DNA of 63,640 nt, the filler included, from Octopus bimaculoides (taxonomy: Eukaryota): assembly GCF_001194135.2 (NCBI RefSeq). It is 5 parts of 4 records of this genome, joined end to end, with 100 filler letters (N's around TTAATTAATTAA, not from the genome) between each part and the next. Parts side by side here need not be neighbours in the genome. Positions count along the whole stretch, not along the records: positions 58,646 to 63,640 come from NW_026385201.1; 4 more parts are not named here. One strand, given 5' to 3'. The notes below the pieces were generated by a model. That model had not been told where the DNA came from. It was given only the letters and a program-made list of their open reading frames with translations, and searched no databases. A program made the position numbers and the translations under genes. Shown one piece after another: positions 62,500-63,640 of the stretch (its first letter is position 1; each line of letters opens with the position of its first letter).

Positions 62500-63140
62500 G
62501 AAGCTGAAAATTTTTTGGCCCATGACGCTGCNNNNNNNNNNAGGCTTGCATTAGGTAAGAAGCTGAAAATTTTTTGGCCCATGACGCTGCATGGACCCTA
62601 AGTAAGGCATGTGTGAAATTTGAATGAAATTGGTTGTGGAGTTCTTGAGTTGTAGGGATTCCCACAGACAGAGACACACATTCTCATTTTCATATATACA
62701 AGTTACCGCCCCTTGTCCGACGTGTTTGTTTATATTTGCGAGTTCCTGTTTTCCGTGTTTTATTTTTTAGTATAAATTTCTTAAAAATAGATGAATCTTC
62801 CTAATGTTTTGCATACTNNNNNNNNNNNNNNNNNNNNNNNNNNNNNNNNNNNNNNTTTTTTAAAATTAGGCATCATTTTCTTGGAGAAGTATGCTTCTAA
62901 AGAAGTGGCGAAAATTGTATGCATACTGTTGCACAGATGTGGTGGGTTCAAATCCTAGGCGAATTGAGAGTAATCTGTTTATGTTGGGGGTGTGGAATTT
63001 TGAGGAAAAAATTGTAAGCAAAAGCATCTTAAGTCAAAGAGAGCACACATCAAATTTGGTGTAATTCAGTTGAAAATTGTAGGAGTAGAAGTGGTTCACA
63101 CAACGCACAGACAACTTGCCTTTTAATATATAAAATAGAT
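62500..63140 (+). mobile_element. Two Helitron-like non-autonomous 3' ends
   Basis: Both end with AAATTTG...AATT(C)xGTTG...GAGT...ACAGACA...TTTxATATATA (about 62610-62700 and 63050-63140), a layout resembling invertebrate Helitron/Helentron non-autonomous ends. Tentative. Confidence 0.4.
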
Positions 63141-63640
63141 ACATATTGCATTGAGTGGATTTGGTAGACGGAAACTGAAAGAAACCTGTTGTATATATNN
63201 NNNNNNNNNNNNNNNNNNNNNNNNNNNNNNNNNNNNNNNNNNNNNNNNNNNNNNNNNNNNNNNNNNNNNNNNNNNNNNNNNNNNNNNNNNNNNNNNNNNN
63301 NNNNNNNNNNNNNNNNNNNNNNNNNNNNNNNNNNNNNNNNNNNNNNNNNNNNNNNNNNNNNNNNNNNNNNNNNNNNNNNNNNNNNNNNNNNNNNNNNNNN
63401 NNNNNNNNNNNNNNNNNNNNNNNNNNNNNNNATGGTACAACAATGCACTATAATAAAAACAATTATAGCAGCGACTCCATCAATTCCTAAGGATATCTGA
63501 GAAAGGAATTTTATTCCGAAATATTATCAGACTATGGATGTTTAAATTGCAACAGGTATATAGCTCATTGTTTGTATTATAGCGCATTGTTGTACCATTC
63601 GAAACATTTTATTCTTTACAAACAATACACAATGCTTCAA

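Overview
AT-rich, microsatellite-dense, gap-rich eukaryotic scaffold. The mix of tRNA-derived SINEs and (CA)n/(TA)n/(TAGA)n/(AAT)n repeats suggests an octopus draft genome (inference, not a database result). One gene is well supported: a minus-strand CD225/dispanin-family membrane protein (9983-10765) with a Gly/Cys-rich N-terminus and a probable upstream 20-nt micro-exon. Its C-terminal codons, stop and poly(A) signal form the first unit of a ~1.7-kb degenerate tandem array directly downstream. The rest is mostly decayed mobile DNA: R4/Dong-type fragments in (AAT)n, Penelope-like, CR1/Jockey-group RT, L1/Tx1-like, hAT, mariner, Gypsy-like, Helitron-like and three SINE families. Notable non-coding structure includes minimal hammerhead-ribozyme-like motifs (three clear ones and one weak one within 43.1-44.8 kb), a 182-bp foldback whose inner 47-bp stem has only G-U deviations, and an 11-bp-period array of nuclear-receptor half-sites in DR5 spacing. 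Most ORFs in the supplied track are microsatellite or N-gap artefacts. Repeat boundaries are approximate unless stated.
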